A stretch of 64,000 nt of DNA from a virus, in the IMG/VR virus record IMGVR_UViG_3300009528_000013, positions 32,001 to 96,000 of that record, one strand, 5' to 3'. Both the position numbers and the translations under genes were made by a program. Below the pieces are notes generated by a model. That model saw only the letters and a list, made by a program, of their open reading frames with translations, had not been told where the DNA came from and made no database searches. This document shows positions 8,478 through 16,954 of the stretch, in pieces. Each line of letters starts with the position of its first letter. The stretch's first letter is position 1.

Positions 8478-8542
8478 ATCTCGCTAACGGAGTCGGTGGA
8501 GTACGACCCCATTTTCATCCTTTTGGAATCATCGGGCGAGAA
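8478..8542 (-). ncRNA. type I hammerhead ribozyme (variant core)
   Basis: UCUCGC-CCGAUGA-U UCC AAAA GGA U-GAAA-AUGGGGUCG UACUCCAC CGACUCCGU-UA/GCGAGA; compensatory changes versus the 2892 copy. Confidence 0.8.
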
Positions 8543-8729
8543 TGATCTGTCGGTGTGCTTCGATCAGTTCGAGTCCGGCGACCGCTTCCTTCGCTACTAT
8601 CATTGCCGATCGGTACACATCTTTCTCCGGATCAGCAATGCCCTCTTTGGCATAATTGGCCCCCTCCTGAAGACGCTCGATTGCTTCGATCAGAAGAAGT
8701 TTATCCGATTTTTCCATTTCGCTCACCAC
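8529..8729 (-). CDS. small hypothetical protein
   Basis: ORF track; its TGA stop lies inside the ribozyme core. Confidence 0.55.
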   Translation of the reverse strand: MVSEMEKSDKLLLIEAIERLQEGANYAKEGIADPEKDVYRSAMIVAKEAVAGLELIEAHRQIILAR

Positions 8730-8833
8730 CTTTCAGATCAAGCATTTCTTTGGGCTTTCTTTAAGTTATCTTTTAGGAGTATTTTAACATACCAATTTGG
8801 AAAGTCCAAAAAGCCCAAGTCTTCCTTGTCAAC

Positions 8834-9070
8834 CCCCTTGTGTGCATCCCCAAGTCCATCCCCTTGCCCCTTGTGTGCATCCCCAAGTCCATCCCCTTGC
8901 CCCTTGTGTGCATCCCCAAGTCCATCCCCTTGCCCCTTGTGTGCATCCCCTTGCTCCTTGTGTGCATCCCCAAGTCCATCCCCTTGCCCCTTGTCCTTTG
9001 TCCTTTTGTCCGATGTGTGCTTGTTCATGTTCTTTTGTCCGATGTGTGCTTGTTCATGTTCTTTTGTCCG
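8834..9070. repeat. 33-bp tandem repeat (x3 plus partials) then 29-bp repeat (x2)
   Basis: CCCCTTG TGTGCAT CCCCAAG TCCAT CCCCTTG units; CTTTTGTCCGATGTGTGCTTGTTCATGTT x2. Confidence 0.95.
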
Positions 9071-9179
9071 ATTGTGTCCTTTTGGAATTACATCTACAAA
9101 AGACCGATTTTTGGCATAAATGCAAACAGGACAAGGTATTGCTACCTTGTCCTGTTGCAACAAAGCCCCTCGACCGATG

Positions 9180-9626
9180 TTACTCGGTCAACTCAAAGGC
9201 TTTGATTTTTCCCTGCTTCAACATCCGATCCAGTACCCGCTTGGCGGAGTCATCCTTCGTTGGAAATTCAAACTTGTCACAAGCTTCTTGACAAGACTGA
9301 TACTCGACGCCGTCGACGGTGCAGGGCTTTGAACGCCCACCATTGCTATTATCATTGCTGGTGGCGGACTTGGCTTTGCTCGGGTACGTGACACGTGTTG
9401 TCGGGTTCTGAAGTTTTCCCTCGGTGTTCTTGGTAACTTCCACAACTATCCGAACAGCATGCCCGAAGCCCTTTACCGTAGCCTTGAGAGCCTTGAGTTC
9501 ATCGGAGTTTTCCAATCCACTCTTGGCCCCCTCGAAAGCCTTTGCTTCGCGCTTCTCCTCGATCAGATCTATCTCTTCGATCGAGAAACCCAAAGCAGCA
9601 GCCTTTTTCCTGTCGATGCTTTCCAT
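9180..9626 (-). CDS. putative DNA-binding protein (C-terminal NUMOD1-like HTH)
   Basis: GGAGGTGA RBS; KPCTVDGVEYQSCQEAC resembles the V-DG-xY-S-xEA motif. Confidence 0.55.
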   Translation of the reverse strand: MESIDRKKAAALGFSIEEIDLIEEKREAKAFEGAKSGLENSDELKALKATVKGFGHAVRIVVEVTKNTEGKLQNPTTRVTYPSKAKSATSNDNSNGGRSKPCTVDGVEYQSCQEACDKFEFPTKDDSAKRVLDRMLKQGKIKAFELTE

Positions 9627-9886
9627 TGTGTTGTCACCTCCCCTCTGTGTGGGATGTTTGGCAGTCGGACATAAGCCCGAAAGCCTTGTATTTGCTTTTG
9701 TGTTACACCTCACACATAAGCAAATGGCGTGCCAAGTCCTGGGACTGCTGCCCTAAGCCCTTGCGGGCGGTGAAGATAAAAGTTTATGTATGCCAAAGCT
9801 CCCTCGACCGATGCTTGCTGATTAGGCTCAAATGAACCAAAGCGGCGGCTGCTTTGCACCACTTGGCTGTAATGCACCGGGCAATA

Positions 9887-10087
9887 TGCAAGGGGATGGA
9901 TGCAAGGGGATGGATGCAAGGGGATGGATGCAAGGGGATGGATGCAAGGGGATGGATGCAAGGGGATGGATGCAAGGGGATGGATGCAAGGCAGGAAAGC
10001 AAAGGACACTTGAAGCTTGAAGCTTGAAGCTTTATGCCTATACTTGTAACTTGTAACTTGTAACTTGTAACTTGTAACTTGTAACTT
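9887..10087. repeat. microsatellite block: TGCAAGGGGATGGA x7, CTTGAAG x3, CTTGTAA x6
   Basis: Read directly from the sequence. Confidence 0.95.
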
Positions 10088-10252
10088 ATGCTTTGCACCT
10101 TGACAAGACACACTTGGCCTATGCCGTTGTGTGTGATGGACTTAGAGCAGGATTGTCTGACAAGTGGAAAGGGGAAGATACAGAAGGAATGGCGTAACCG
10201 GATGGCAGACAGGCGTTTGTGAAAATGTAAAACAATTTGAGATGGAGATGGC

Positions 10253-10281
10253 ATTAGAGAAAAAAATCCTATGTCCGGCAA
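10253..10281 (-). promoter_or_regulatory. sigma70-like leftward promoter
   Basis: TTGCCG-17 nt-TCTAAT on the minus strand, AT-rich upstream, facing the left arm. Confidence 0.45.
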
Positions 10282-10390
10282 AAAACTTTCATTGAAAAAT
10301 ATACAGAGATAATAGGTTATGATTCATCGGCTTACGGATAGCGTTCGTCGTATATTTTGGGGCAGAAATAATTTTTTGGAAAAAAAGTAC

Positions 10391-10419
10391 TTGACAGGGG
10401 GGTGATGTGCGCATATTTT
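10391..10419 (+). promoter_or_regulatory. sigma70-like rightward promoter
   Basis: TTGACA-17 nt-TATTTT with an upstream A-tract. Confidence 0.55.
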
Positions 10420-10452
10420 AGGGGCTGTGGTCACGGGTTGGGGGGGGGGCGA

Positions 10453-10630
10453 GATACTGTTTCTGTCATTCACACCGCTTCGACACGTTTCACTCGTAGT
10501 ACCTGGGCGGGTTTCGATTTCGCCCTGTCATTCACACCGCTTCGAATACGTTTCATTTCCGGTTGGGGTCGTTGTGAGGCCAAAAGGCGTAGCTTGCGAT
10601 GAAACCGCTGGAAAGCTTACGCTCCCCCGA
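10453..10630 (+). pseudogene. frameshifted YVTN beta-propeller repeat remnant
   Basis: DTVSVIHTAS and PKGVACDETAGK appear in different frames and match intact repeats at 39.8-41.2, 61.4 and 63.7 kb. Confidence 0.7.
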
Positions 10631-10683
10631 CCCTGACTGCATTGGGACACTGTTTCTGTATTTGGATAATTGCGGGAGGTACT

Positions 10684-10851
10684 ATGTGGGTGATTGCGGC
10701 AAAGAATTGTTATTGTCATACTTGCGGAAGGGAATTTCATCACATGGGAATTGCGTGTCACCGAGCAATGCACAGAGATCGAAAAGAGGATTGTCGGATA
10801 ACGTACACTCGTAGCGATACTTATATTCATACATTTTCGACCAGAATTTAG
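10684..10851 (+). CDS. small Zn-finger protein
   Basis: GGAGG RBS; CHTC...HHMGIACHRAMH. Confidence 0.6.
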   Translation: MWVIAAKNCYCHTCGREFHHMGIACHRAMHRDRKEDCRITYTRSDTYIHTFSTRI

Positions 10852-11175
10852 ACGGCATCGAGTTTCGATCTTGGGTCAAGAGGGCGGTCGGGGGCGTCTC
10901 GGTAATATATGGCATCAAATACCGTTAGGTTTCATTTTCATCGAAGACAGTGAGTGCGACCGGCCTGTGACGAGACTGCCGGATGGCGATCGTGGTTAAG
11001 GCTACAATCGAAGTGGGGTTTCAATCCTCTGATCGTCTTCTTGACCTGGGTAATTGGGAGGAGTGGTAAGGAATTGGCGACGGACACCGAGGAATTGATC
11101 GAGGTTACTGTGGAGACGGATCGGGAAGTATTGATCGGGGTGGCGGTGGAGACGGATCGGGAAGTATTGATCGGG

Positions 11176-11220
11176 GTAGAGGTATAGCGCTATGATCCCC
11201 GCCCGGCGCTATACCTCTAC
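11176..11220. repeat. perfect 15-bp inverted repeat
   Basis: GTAGAGGTATAGCGC-15 nt-GCGCTATACCTCTAC. Confidence 0.9.
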
Positions 11221-11230
11221 GGAGGGACTG

Positions 11231-11557
11231 ATGGCGACGATATACTTGATACAGGGTGAGCAGAAAGTTTTGAGATTTGAGGTAACGGACGGTGCAGGGC
11301 AGGAGGTGGACTTGACGGGAGTGGGATTGGCGTTAAAGATTGTTCAGGCGGAGGATTTGACAACGGTGATGTGTGAGAAGGTGACGGGGGATTTCGACGT
11401 AACGCAGAAGGCTCGGGGGATAGTGAAGTGCACGTTGACATCGGCGGATTTGGCGACGGCGGGGAATTGGTTGGGGCAACTGAAGATGACGTTTGTGGAT
11501 GCGACGATTGACAAGAGTGTGCGATTTGATTTAGTGGTAGAGACGGCGATAGCTTGA
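11231..11557 (+). CDS. BppU N-terminal-like virion protein
   Basis: I.QGE...L.F.VTD..G..VDLTG...G.V...LT..D...AG.W..QL pattern; GGAGG RBS. Confidence 0.65.
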   Translation: MATIYLIQGEQKVLRFEVTDGAGQEVDLTGVGLALKIVQAEDLTTVMCEKVTGDFDVTQKARGIVKCTLTSADLATAGNWLGQLKMTFVDATIDKSVRFDLVVETAIA

Positions 11558-11727
11558 GAGGGCTATCGTTTTTTTATTTAGGGTGATCGAAGATGCTGAC
11601 AATTAAATTGAGAAAGCGGTCGAGGGGGAGAGAATTCTGAGGGCTCCCGGCATTTTTGGCGACAATTTAATATCGGGAAGGGCCGGGTAACTCTTCGCAA
11701 TCGCGTCTGGTCGGCTGTGTTGTTGAC

Positions 11728-12120
11728 GTGGCTTTTGGTTCGGAGGATTTGATGTGGACAGCTATCGGCGAGGGATATAATCCGCCACCTGTGGCGAGGG
11801 TAAAGAAGCCGCGGCCGACGCCGGCGTCTCCGCCTAAGAGCGGGCAACCGGCAGATCCGGGGAGGTGTGAAAAGTGTGGAAACTCGCTGAGTATCCCGCG
11901 TCATTGTGATCTATGTGGATATGAAGGAATGGGTGTATTATTGGGTGGGAGTCTTCCTTCTTACAATATGCTCTGCTTGAAAGAGGATGGTAGCCATCCT
12001 CCTTTTCCATTTGAACTCTGGGGTTTTATCGCGTTTATAGTAAGAAGTGAAACTGATTTAGAGCAAGCTATAATTGAGAATAACGCTGAGGAAGAACGAA
12101 GACGAATTGCGAGAATTTAG
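11728..12120 (+). CDS. hypothetical Zn-ribbon protein upstream of terL
   Basis: CEKC...CDLC; no small-terminase motif recognised. Confidence 0.5.
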   Translation: MAFGSEDLMWTAIGEGYNPPPVARVKKPRPTPASPPKSGQPADPGRCEKCGNSLSIPRHCDLCGYEGMGVLLGGSLPSYNMLCLKEDGSHPPFPFELWGFIAFIVRSETDLEQAIIENNAEEERRRIARI

Positions 12121-12135
12121 GGATGAGGGAATGGG

Positions 12136-13668
12136 GTGGACTTGAAACGGTTACAGACATCGGATATAGCGGACGTGGTGGAGGATTTGGGGACGGTACT
12201 CGAGGTGCGGGATGCGGTGGATCGCGGGGACTGGGAATTTTTGTATCGGGTGATCTTCGGATACCAGGTAGAGGCTTTTCATCGGAAGTGGGTAAACTTT
12301 CAGAATCGGAATCGGTTTACGGTGATAGCTGGACCTCGAGGTTTTGGGAAGACGATCACTTGTACGAAGGGGTTTGTATTGACGAAGAGCGTAGAGAGTC
12401 GGGAGCGGCGGGTATTGTTGGTGGGAAAGACGTTGCCCCAGTCGCGGAAGGTACAGCGGGAGATTCGTTTACAGTTACAGCGCAACGAGACGATGAAAGT
12501 TTTCGGACCGTTTTTCGATGAGGGCAGCACGGATACGGGAACGGAATTGATCTTTGCGGGTCGGCGGAGTTTGGATTCCGAGCCGAACGTCTCTTGTATC
12601 GGGATCGGTTCATCGAAGATTGGCGGTCATTACGATACGATTTTGTGTGAGGATTTGGTGGATGCTTCGAACTGCAGTGGGCGGAACGCGGAGCTACTGA
12701 GGGGTTGGGTATTGGAGGAACTGATGGGGATGTTGTTACCGGACGGGGAGATGCACTTCGTTCAATCGCGGTATGGGCCGGCGGACTTATGGGTAGATTT
12801 ACGGCGCACGGGGATCTTTGAGATGTTACAGACTGCGGCGCTGGTGGACGATCGAGGGGAGCCGAGCTTAAATGGTCAGTCTATTTGGGAAGCGATGATT
12901 TCGACGGAGGAGTTGAGACGACGGCTCAAGGTGATGGGCACACCATTTTTTCTGGCACAGTATCAGCAGGACCCGTCGGCGTTGGGACGGATGGGACAGA
13001 TACGATTTCGGGAGAGTGCGGTAGCGAAGAAGCGGTTGGGAGAGTTGGAAGTCCCTCCGATGGAGAAGATATGCGGGGTAGATTTGGGGGCATCGTTGGG
13101 CAAGGTAGGAGCGCGCACGGTATTCACGGTAGCGGGGAAACTGGAATCCGAGGGGACTGAGGCGCATCGATCTTGGTTACTGGACATCCGGGCGGGGGAA
13201 TGGGAGTTGGACGAGATCGGGCAGGTATTCAACGAGATAGATTTGAAGTGGGGACCGGATTTGAAATTCAGGTGTGAGGCGAACGGGGTGCAGCTTCTGA
13301 TAGCAAATGCACAGGGGGTGACGCACGAAGTAGAGCCGGTGCACGTTTTTGAATCTCGACCGAAGAGGAGACAGCGCCTGGCGATGAAATTCAATTCCGG
13401 TGCGGTGGGATACGTGGAGGGCTTAGAGGATGAGATGGAGGAATTTTGGGAGTGGCCGGATTGGTATCGGGAGGACGTTTTGGATTCGGCTGACTTGGCG
13501 CTCGGAGGATTGGATGAGCCTACCGGGGGCGACTTCGATTCGATGACTGCGGAAGGAGAATTCAGAGGCACAGAGCCGAGAGCGCGGGAGGTGCTGCTTG
13601 AGCTATTACGGGAGCGGAATACAACGGTTGGCAAGGGTCCAAGGAGGGCTCGACTGCAGCTTGCGTAA
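12136..13668 (+). CDS. terL: terminase large subunit
   Basis: Walker A GPRGFGKT, Walker B ILCED, F..QYQQDP linker, nuclease CGVDLG and D..D; lies before the portal. Confidence 0.9.
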   Translation: MDLKRLQTSDIADVVEDLGTVLEVRDAVDRGDWEFLYRVIFGYQVEAFHRKWVNFQNRNRFTVIAGPRGFGKTITCTKGFVLTKSVESRERRVLLVGKTLPQSRKVQREIRLQLQRNETMKVFGPFFDEGSTDTGTELIFAGRRSLDSEPNVSCIGIGSSKIGGHYDTILCEDLVDASNCSGRNAELLRGWVLEELMGMLLPDGEMHFVQSRYGPADLWVDLRRTGIFEMLQTAALVDDRGEPSLNGQSIWEAMISTEELRRRLKVMGTPFFLAQYQQDPSALGRMGQIRFRESAVAKKRLGELEVPPMEKICGVDLGASLGKVGARTVFTVAGKLESEGTEAHRSWLLDIRAGEWELDEIGQVFNEIDLKWGPDLKFRCEANGVQLLIANAQGVTHEVEPVHVFESRPKRRQRLAMKFNSGAVGYVEGLEDEMEEFWEWPDWYREDVLDSADLALGGLDEPTGGDFDSMTAEGEFRGTEPRAREVLLELLRERNTTVGKGPRRARLQLA

Positions 13669-13800
13669 ATGATTTGAAGGGGATTGAGGTTGTGGAAACG
13701 CTCGTGGGATCGAACGCCTGGCAGTGGATGCAACTTGGGTCTGCGGTGAGGTGAGATCCATTTCCATATTTCAATCCCCTTCGACGGGACAGGTTCAGAT

Positions 13801-14055
13801 ATGAAGAAAACAGTTCGGGTTACTCAGATCATTGAAGTTGAAATAGACGAAACGAAATTCGATGATGAGTTCCTGGAGGAATTCCGTAAATCTTTTTATC
13901 CATTCCATACGATTGAAGGGCACATAGGGCACTTAGCTCAGATGTATGCGCGCGGTCTGATCGCTGATGGAAACTTCATCGAGGGTTATGGGAAGCCGGA
14001 AGAGACGGGCATCAAATTCAAACTTGCTGATTTCGAAGTGGAGATCGTCGAATAA
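13801..14055 (+). CDS. hypothetical protein
   Basis: ORF track. Confidence 0.65.
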   Translation: MKKTVRVTQIIEVEIDETKFDDEFLEEFRKSFYPFHTIEGHIGHLAQMYARGLIADGNFIEGYGKPEETGIKFKLADFEVEIVE

Positions 14056-14078
14056 GTGTGACGAGAGGAGCACGGCGA

Positions 14079-15443
14079 ATGCCCTTTAGAGTAAATCCTG
14101 CTATGGAAACTTCTCAAGCTTTGACGGTTAAAGCGCAGGATATCCGGAGCGAGATGATGGATCGGAAGGAGCGGGAGGGGGAGGATTACAGTTCCGGTAT
14201 GGATATGATCGCGCCCGGGCGGCGAGATTCCAGATACGTGAAGGGGCGTGATACCACCTACGATGACTACGCCTTCCCGGAGTGGCAGCCGAGAACGGGC
14301 CGGCTGTCTTATGCGATGCTTCGGAAGATTTACGAGAGATCTTCTTACGTTCGGCCGTGTGTGGATGCACTGGTTCGATCGGTCTCATCGTTGCCATGGG
14401 TCGTCCGTCCATTCAGGGGTGGTGACGAGAAGAATGCGAGCGCGGTGAGGGAGTTTCTGCGGGACCCGAACTCGAACGAGGAGAGTCTACGTAAAATCTT
14501 TGGACAAGTTTTGACCGACGTGATGGTGATTGACGAAGGGATCATCGAAAAAATCAAATCGTTGGACGGCACGCTTTTGGAGATAATGGCTCGGGATGGC
14601 GCGACTTTTATTCCGATCAAGGATGTGCACGGTATTCTCTATGGGTACGTTCAGAAGATGGAGCCGTATGACCTCGTAAAGTTTACTAAAGATGAAGTGA
14701 TGTACTTCGAGCTTTATCCGACTACGTGGACGGCTTATGGACTTCCGATCATTGAGACCATCGTCAATGAGATCGCATCGCTGATGTTCTCCGTGCAATG
14801 GATCGCCGACTCGTTCACAGAGGATAAGATCCCACCGGGAATTTTGGTATTGGATCACATTGCGAAGGACGCTTACGAGCGAGCCAAAGCCGAATTTCAG
14901 AGCGGAGAGGATAGTCAGTTTACTGTCAAGCTATTTCGGAACGTCGGTAAGGCGGAGTGGATTGAACTCAAGCGTGCCAATGCAGATATGCAATTGGCCG
15001 AGTTGAATATACAAGTCGAGCGCATCGTCTACCGAAATTTTGGATTGCAGCCGTTTGAGATGGGGGTCACGACCGAGATCAACCGGGCGACCGCAGAGAT
15101 GGCGCTGAAAGTCTCGCAATCGCGGGTCTTCAAGCCATTGATTCAGATGGTAAACTATGCGATGAACCTGAGTCTCGTTCACCCGGTCTTTTCGGACGTA
15201 TACTTCAAGCTGATTCCGATGGACTTGGGGGATCCATTGTCGCGGGCCCAGACGATTTCGAGCTACGTGAAGCAGGAAATCATAACGAAAGAGGAAGCGC
15301 GTTGGTTGATCGAGGACGAATTTTTTGTCGAGGGGGGCTTGAGTGGAACGGAGAGCGACTTCAAATCTGCGAAGGGGGAACTGAGTGATGAACGAGACCG
15401 ACATGGAGAGGAGCGAGACGAAAGTCGAGAAGACGGGGACTGA
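14079..15443 (+). CDS. portal protein
   Basis: P.W.V...FL..PN, YGLPIIE, IPPGIL and F.L.P.E.G motifs; follows terL; GAGGAG RBS. Confidence 0.9.
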   Translation: MPFRVNPAMETSQALTVKAQDIRSEMMDRKEREGEDYSSGMDMIAPGRRDSRYVKGRDTTYDDYAFPEWQPRTGRLSYAMLRKIYERSSYVRPCVDALVRSVSSLPWVVRPFRGGDEKNASAVREFLRDPNSNEESLRKIFGQVLTDVMVIDEGIIEKIKSLDGTLLEIMARDGATFIPIKDVHGILYGYVQKMEPYDLVKFTKDEVMYFELYPTTWTAYGLPIIETIVNEIASLMFSVQWIADSFTEDKIPPGILVLDHIAKDAYERAKAEFQSGEDSQFTVKLFRNVGKAEWIELKRANADMQLAELNIQVERIVYRNFGLQPFEMGVTTEINRATAEMALKVSQSRVFKPLIQMVNYAMNLSLVHPVFSDVYFKLIPMDLGDPLSRAQTISSYVKQEIITKEEARWLIEDEFFVEGGLSGTESDFKSAKGELSDERDRHGEERDESREDGD

Positions 15444-16152
15444 GAGATTGACTTGCGTGGTTTACGATGTCGAGATCGCAAAGGAAGTTCGTACCGTTGA
15501 ACGAGGATGGGATGACCCGGGAGGGATGGGTTTTGCTTCGGCGGTCGCCTACGACTTCAAGACCGATCGGTATCATTTTTTCCTGCACGAAGCGGGAAAG
15601 GCCGGTCTGCTGAATCTTCTGCGAGACCGCGTGGTGGTGACGTTCAACGGTGTCAAGTTCGACAGCAGAGTCGTCCTGGGGAATCACCGCGTCGCTGATT
15701 TTGTGTCCGATGGAATGGTTTTGATCTCTGGGACTCGGGTCTTCTGCGAGCCGTCGCTCAAAGGAGGCGAAGTCTTGAATACGATGCGGACGGCCGAGTG
15801 GATTGAGTTGGATCTTCTGCTGAGGTACGTCCAATCGCGGTTCGGTTGTGCTTCGGTTATGGAAGCGGAAGAGTTACTGGGAGATAAGACGATCTACGAT
15901 GGAACATTCGGCCTGGACGGATTGGCCGAAGGGACTCTGGGTCTGAAGAAGATCGGATACGGATCGAAAGCCCCGCTGTTGTATCAGCAGGAAAGATATG
16001 ATGAGCTTTTGAGCTATAATCTGCACGATGTCAGATTGACCCGGAAGCTGCTGGAACAAGCCCGAAATTCGGGCGGTATTTTGACCGATAGCGCGAGGCG
16101 AAGCGTTCGAATTGATTTAGGGAGGTTCTGGACATGGGAGAGAAACGGCTGA
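15385..16152 (+). CDS. RNase H-like/DEDD 3'-5' exonuclease (YprB/RNase_H_2-like)
   Basis: VYDVE, VTFNG.KFD, LDLL, LD..A..TL, YNLHDV. Confidence 0.8.
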   Translation: MMNETDMERSETKVEKTGTERLTCVVYDVEIAKEVRTVERGWDDPGGMGFASAVAYDFKTDRYHFFLHEAGKAGLLNLLRDRVVVTFNGVKFDSRVVLGNHRVADFVSDGMVLISGTRVFCEPSLKGGEVLNTMRTAEWIELDLLLRYVQSRFGCASVMEAEELLGDKTIYDGTFGLDGLAEGTLGLKKIGYGSKAPLLYQQERYDELLSYNLHDVRLTRKLLEQARNSGGILTDSARRSVRIDLGRFWTWERNG

Positions 16153-16769
16153 AGGTGTTCTTTGATTCTGAGTTTACCGGGTTGCATCAGCAGACAACCC
16201 TGGTGAGTATCGGCCTGATCGCGGAGACCGATGAGACGTTCTACGCCGAGTTTATCGGTTGGGATCAGAGGGCTCTGAAAAATAAGTGGTTCAAGAAGAA
16301 CGTCTTTGAGCATTTGCTCTACGATCACACATTTACAGTGCGCGGCTTTCCCGATGAGGTGCGGACCAGGAACAATCCGCAGCACATTAAAGCCAACTTG
16401 GGCCAATGGTTCAAGGTTCTCCTCGATCGGCATAGTGCAGTAAAGATCGAACTCTGGTCGGACTGTCTGGCATACGATTGGGTCCTTTTTTGCGAGCTTT
16501 GGGGCGGTGCGCTGAAGGTTCCTGATGAGATTTACTACATCCCCTTCGATCTGTGTACGCTCCTCTGGATAGTTGGAGAAGATACGGACGTGAATCGGGA
16601 AGCGTTCGCCGGACTTTTCTCTTCCAAAGCGGACAAGCACAATGCGCTCTGGGATGCGCGGGTGATCCGGAAGTGTTATAGAAATTGCACTTTGAAAGCC
16701 CCCGATTTCAATCGTGGGGATGAAGAAGTGCTGGCCGAAGGCCATTCTCACAGATCAACTCAAGTATAA
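16134..16769 (+). CDS. DEDDh 3'-5' exonuclease (Rv2179c-like); C-terminus supplied by inserted element
   Basis: FFDSEFTG...SIGL, LAYDWV, HNALWDA. Confidence 0.85.
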   Translation: MGEKRLKVFFDSEFTGLHQQTTLVSIGLIAETDETFYAEFIGWDQRALKNKWFKKNVFEHLLYDHTFTVRGFPDEVRTRNNPQHIKANLGQWFKVLLDRHSAVKIELWSDCLAYDWVLFCELWGGALKVPDEIYYIPFDLCTLLWIVGEDTDVNREAFAGLFSSKADKHNALWDARVIRKCYRNCTLKAPDFNRGDEEVLAEGHSHRSTQV

Positions 16770-16954
16770 GTGAGAGCTTGAGGGCATACAGGCAGTTTAG
16801 GTCTGTGAAAGGAATATGCACAAAGTACCTCCCGGAGGTAGGTGTCTCTTGGAGTAGTGGCTGTTTGGCACAGCCCTCGGTAGTTGCATGGAACTAGGTT
16901 CTTTGCGATGACCGCCCGATAATCCCCCCGGCTTCAGTCGTGGGGGAGTGTCAA
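16680..16954 (+). mobile_element. miniature non-autonomous IS200/IS605-family element (275 bp)
   Basis: TTAT target, then AAAG at +16..+19 and hairpin CCCC CGAT TTCA ATCG T GGGG; right hairpin CCCCC CGGC TTCA GTCG T GGGGG ending in TCAA; no tnpA or tnpB ORF. Confidence 0.8.

Noticed and set aside
8773-10281. ORFs 8773..8979, 8797..9291, 8840..9205, 9710..10111, 9784..10281 and 9832..10020
   Set aside because: They are open because they run through stop-poor tandem repeats and lack an RBS; 8738..9163 is uncertain and was not called
11728-12120. Small terminase subunit by position
   Set aside because: No HTH or other TerS-like feature recognised; left as hypothetical
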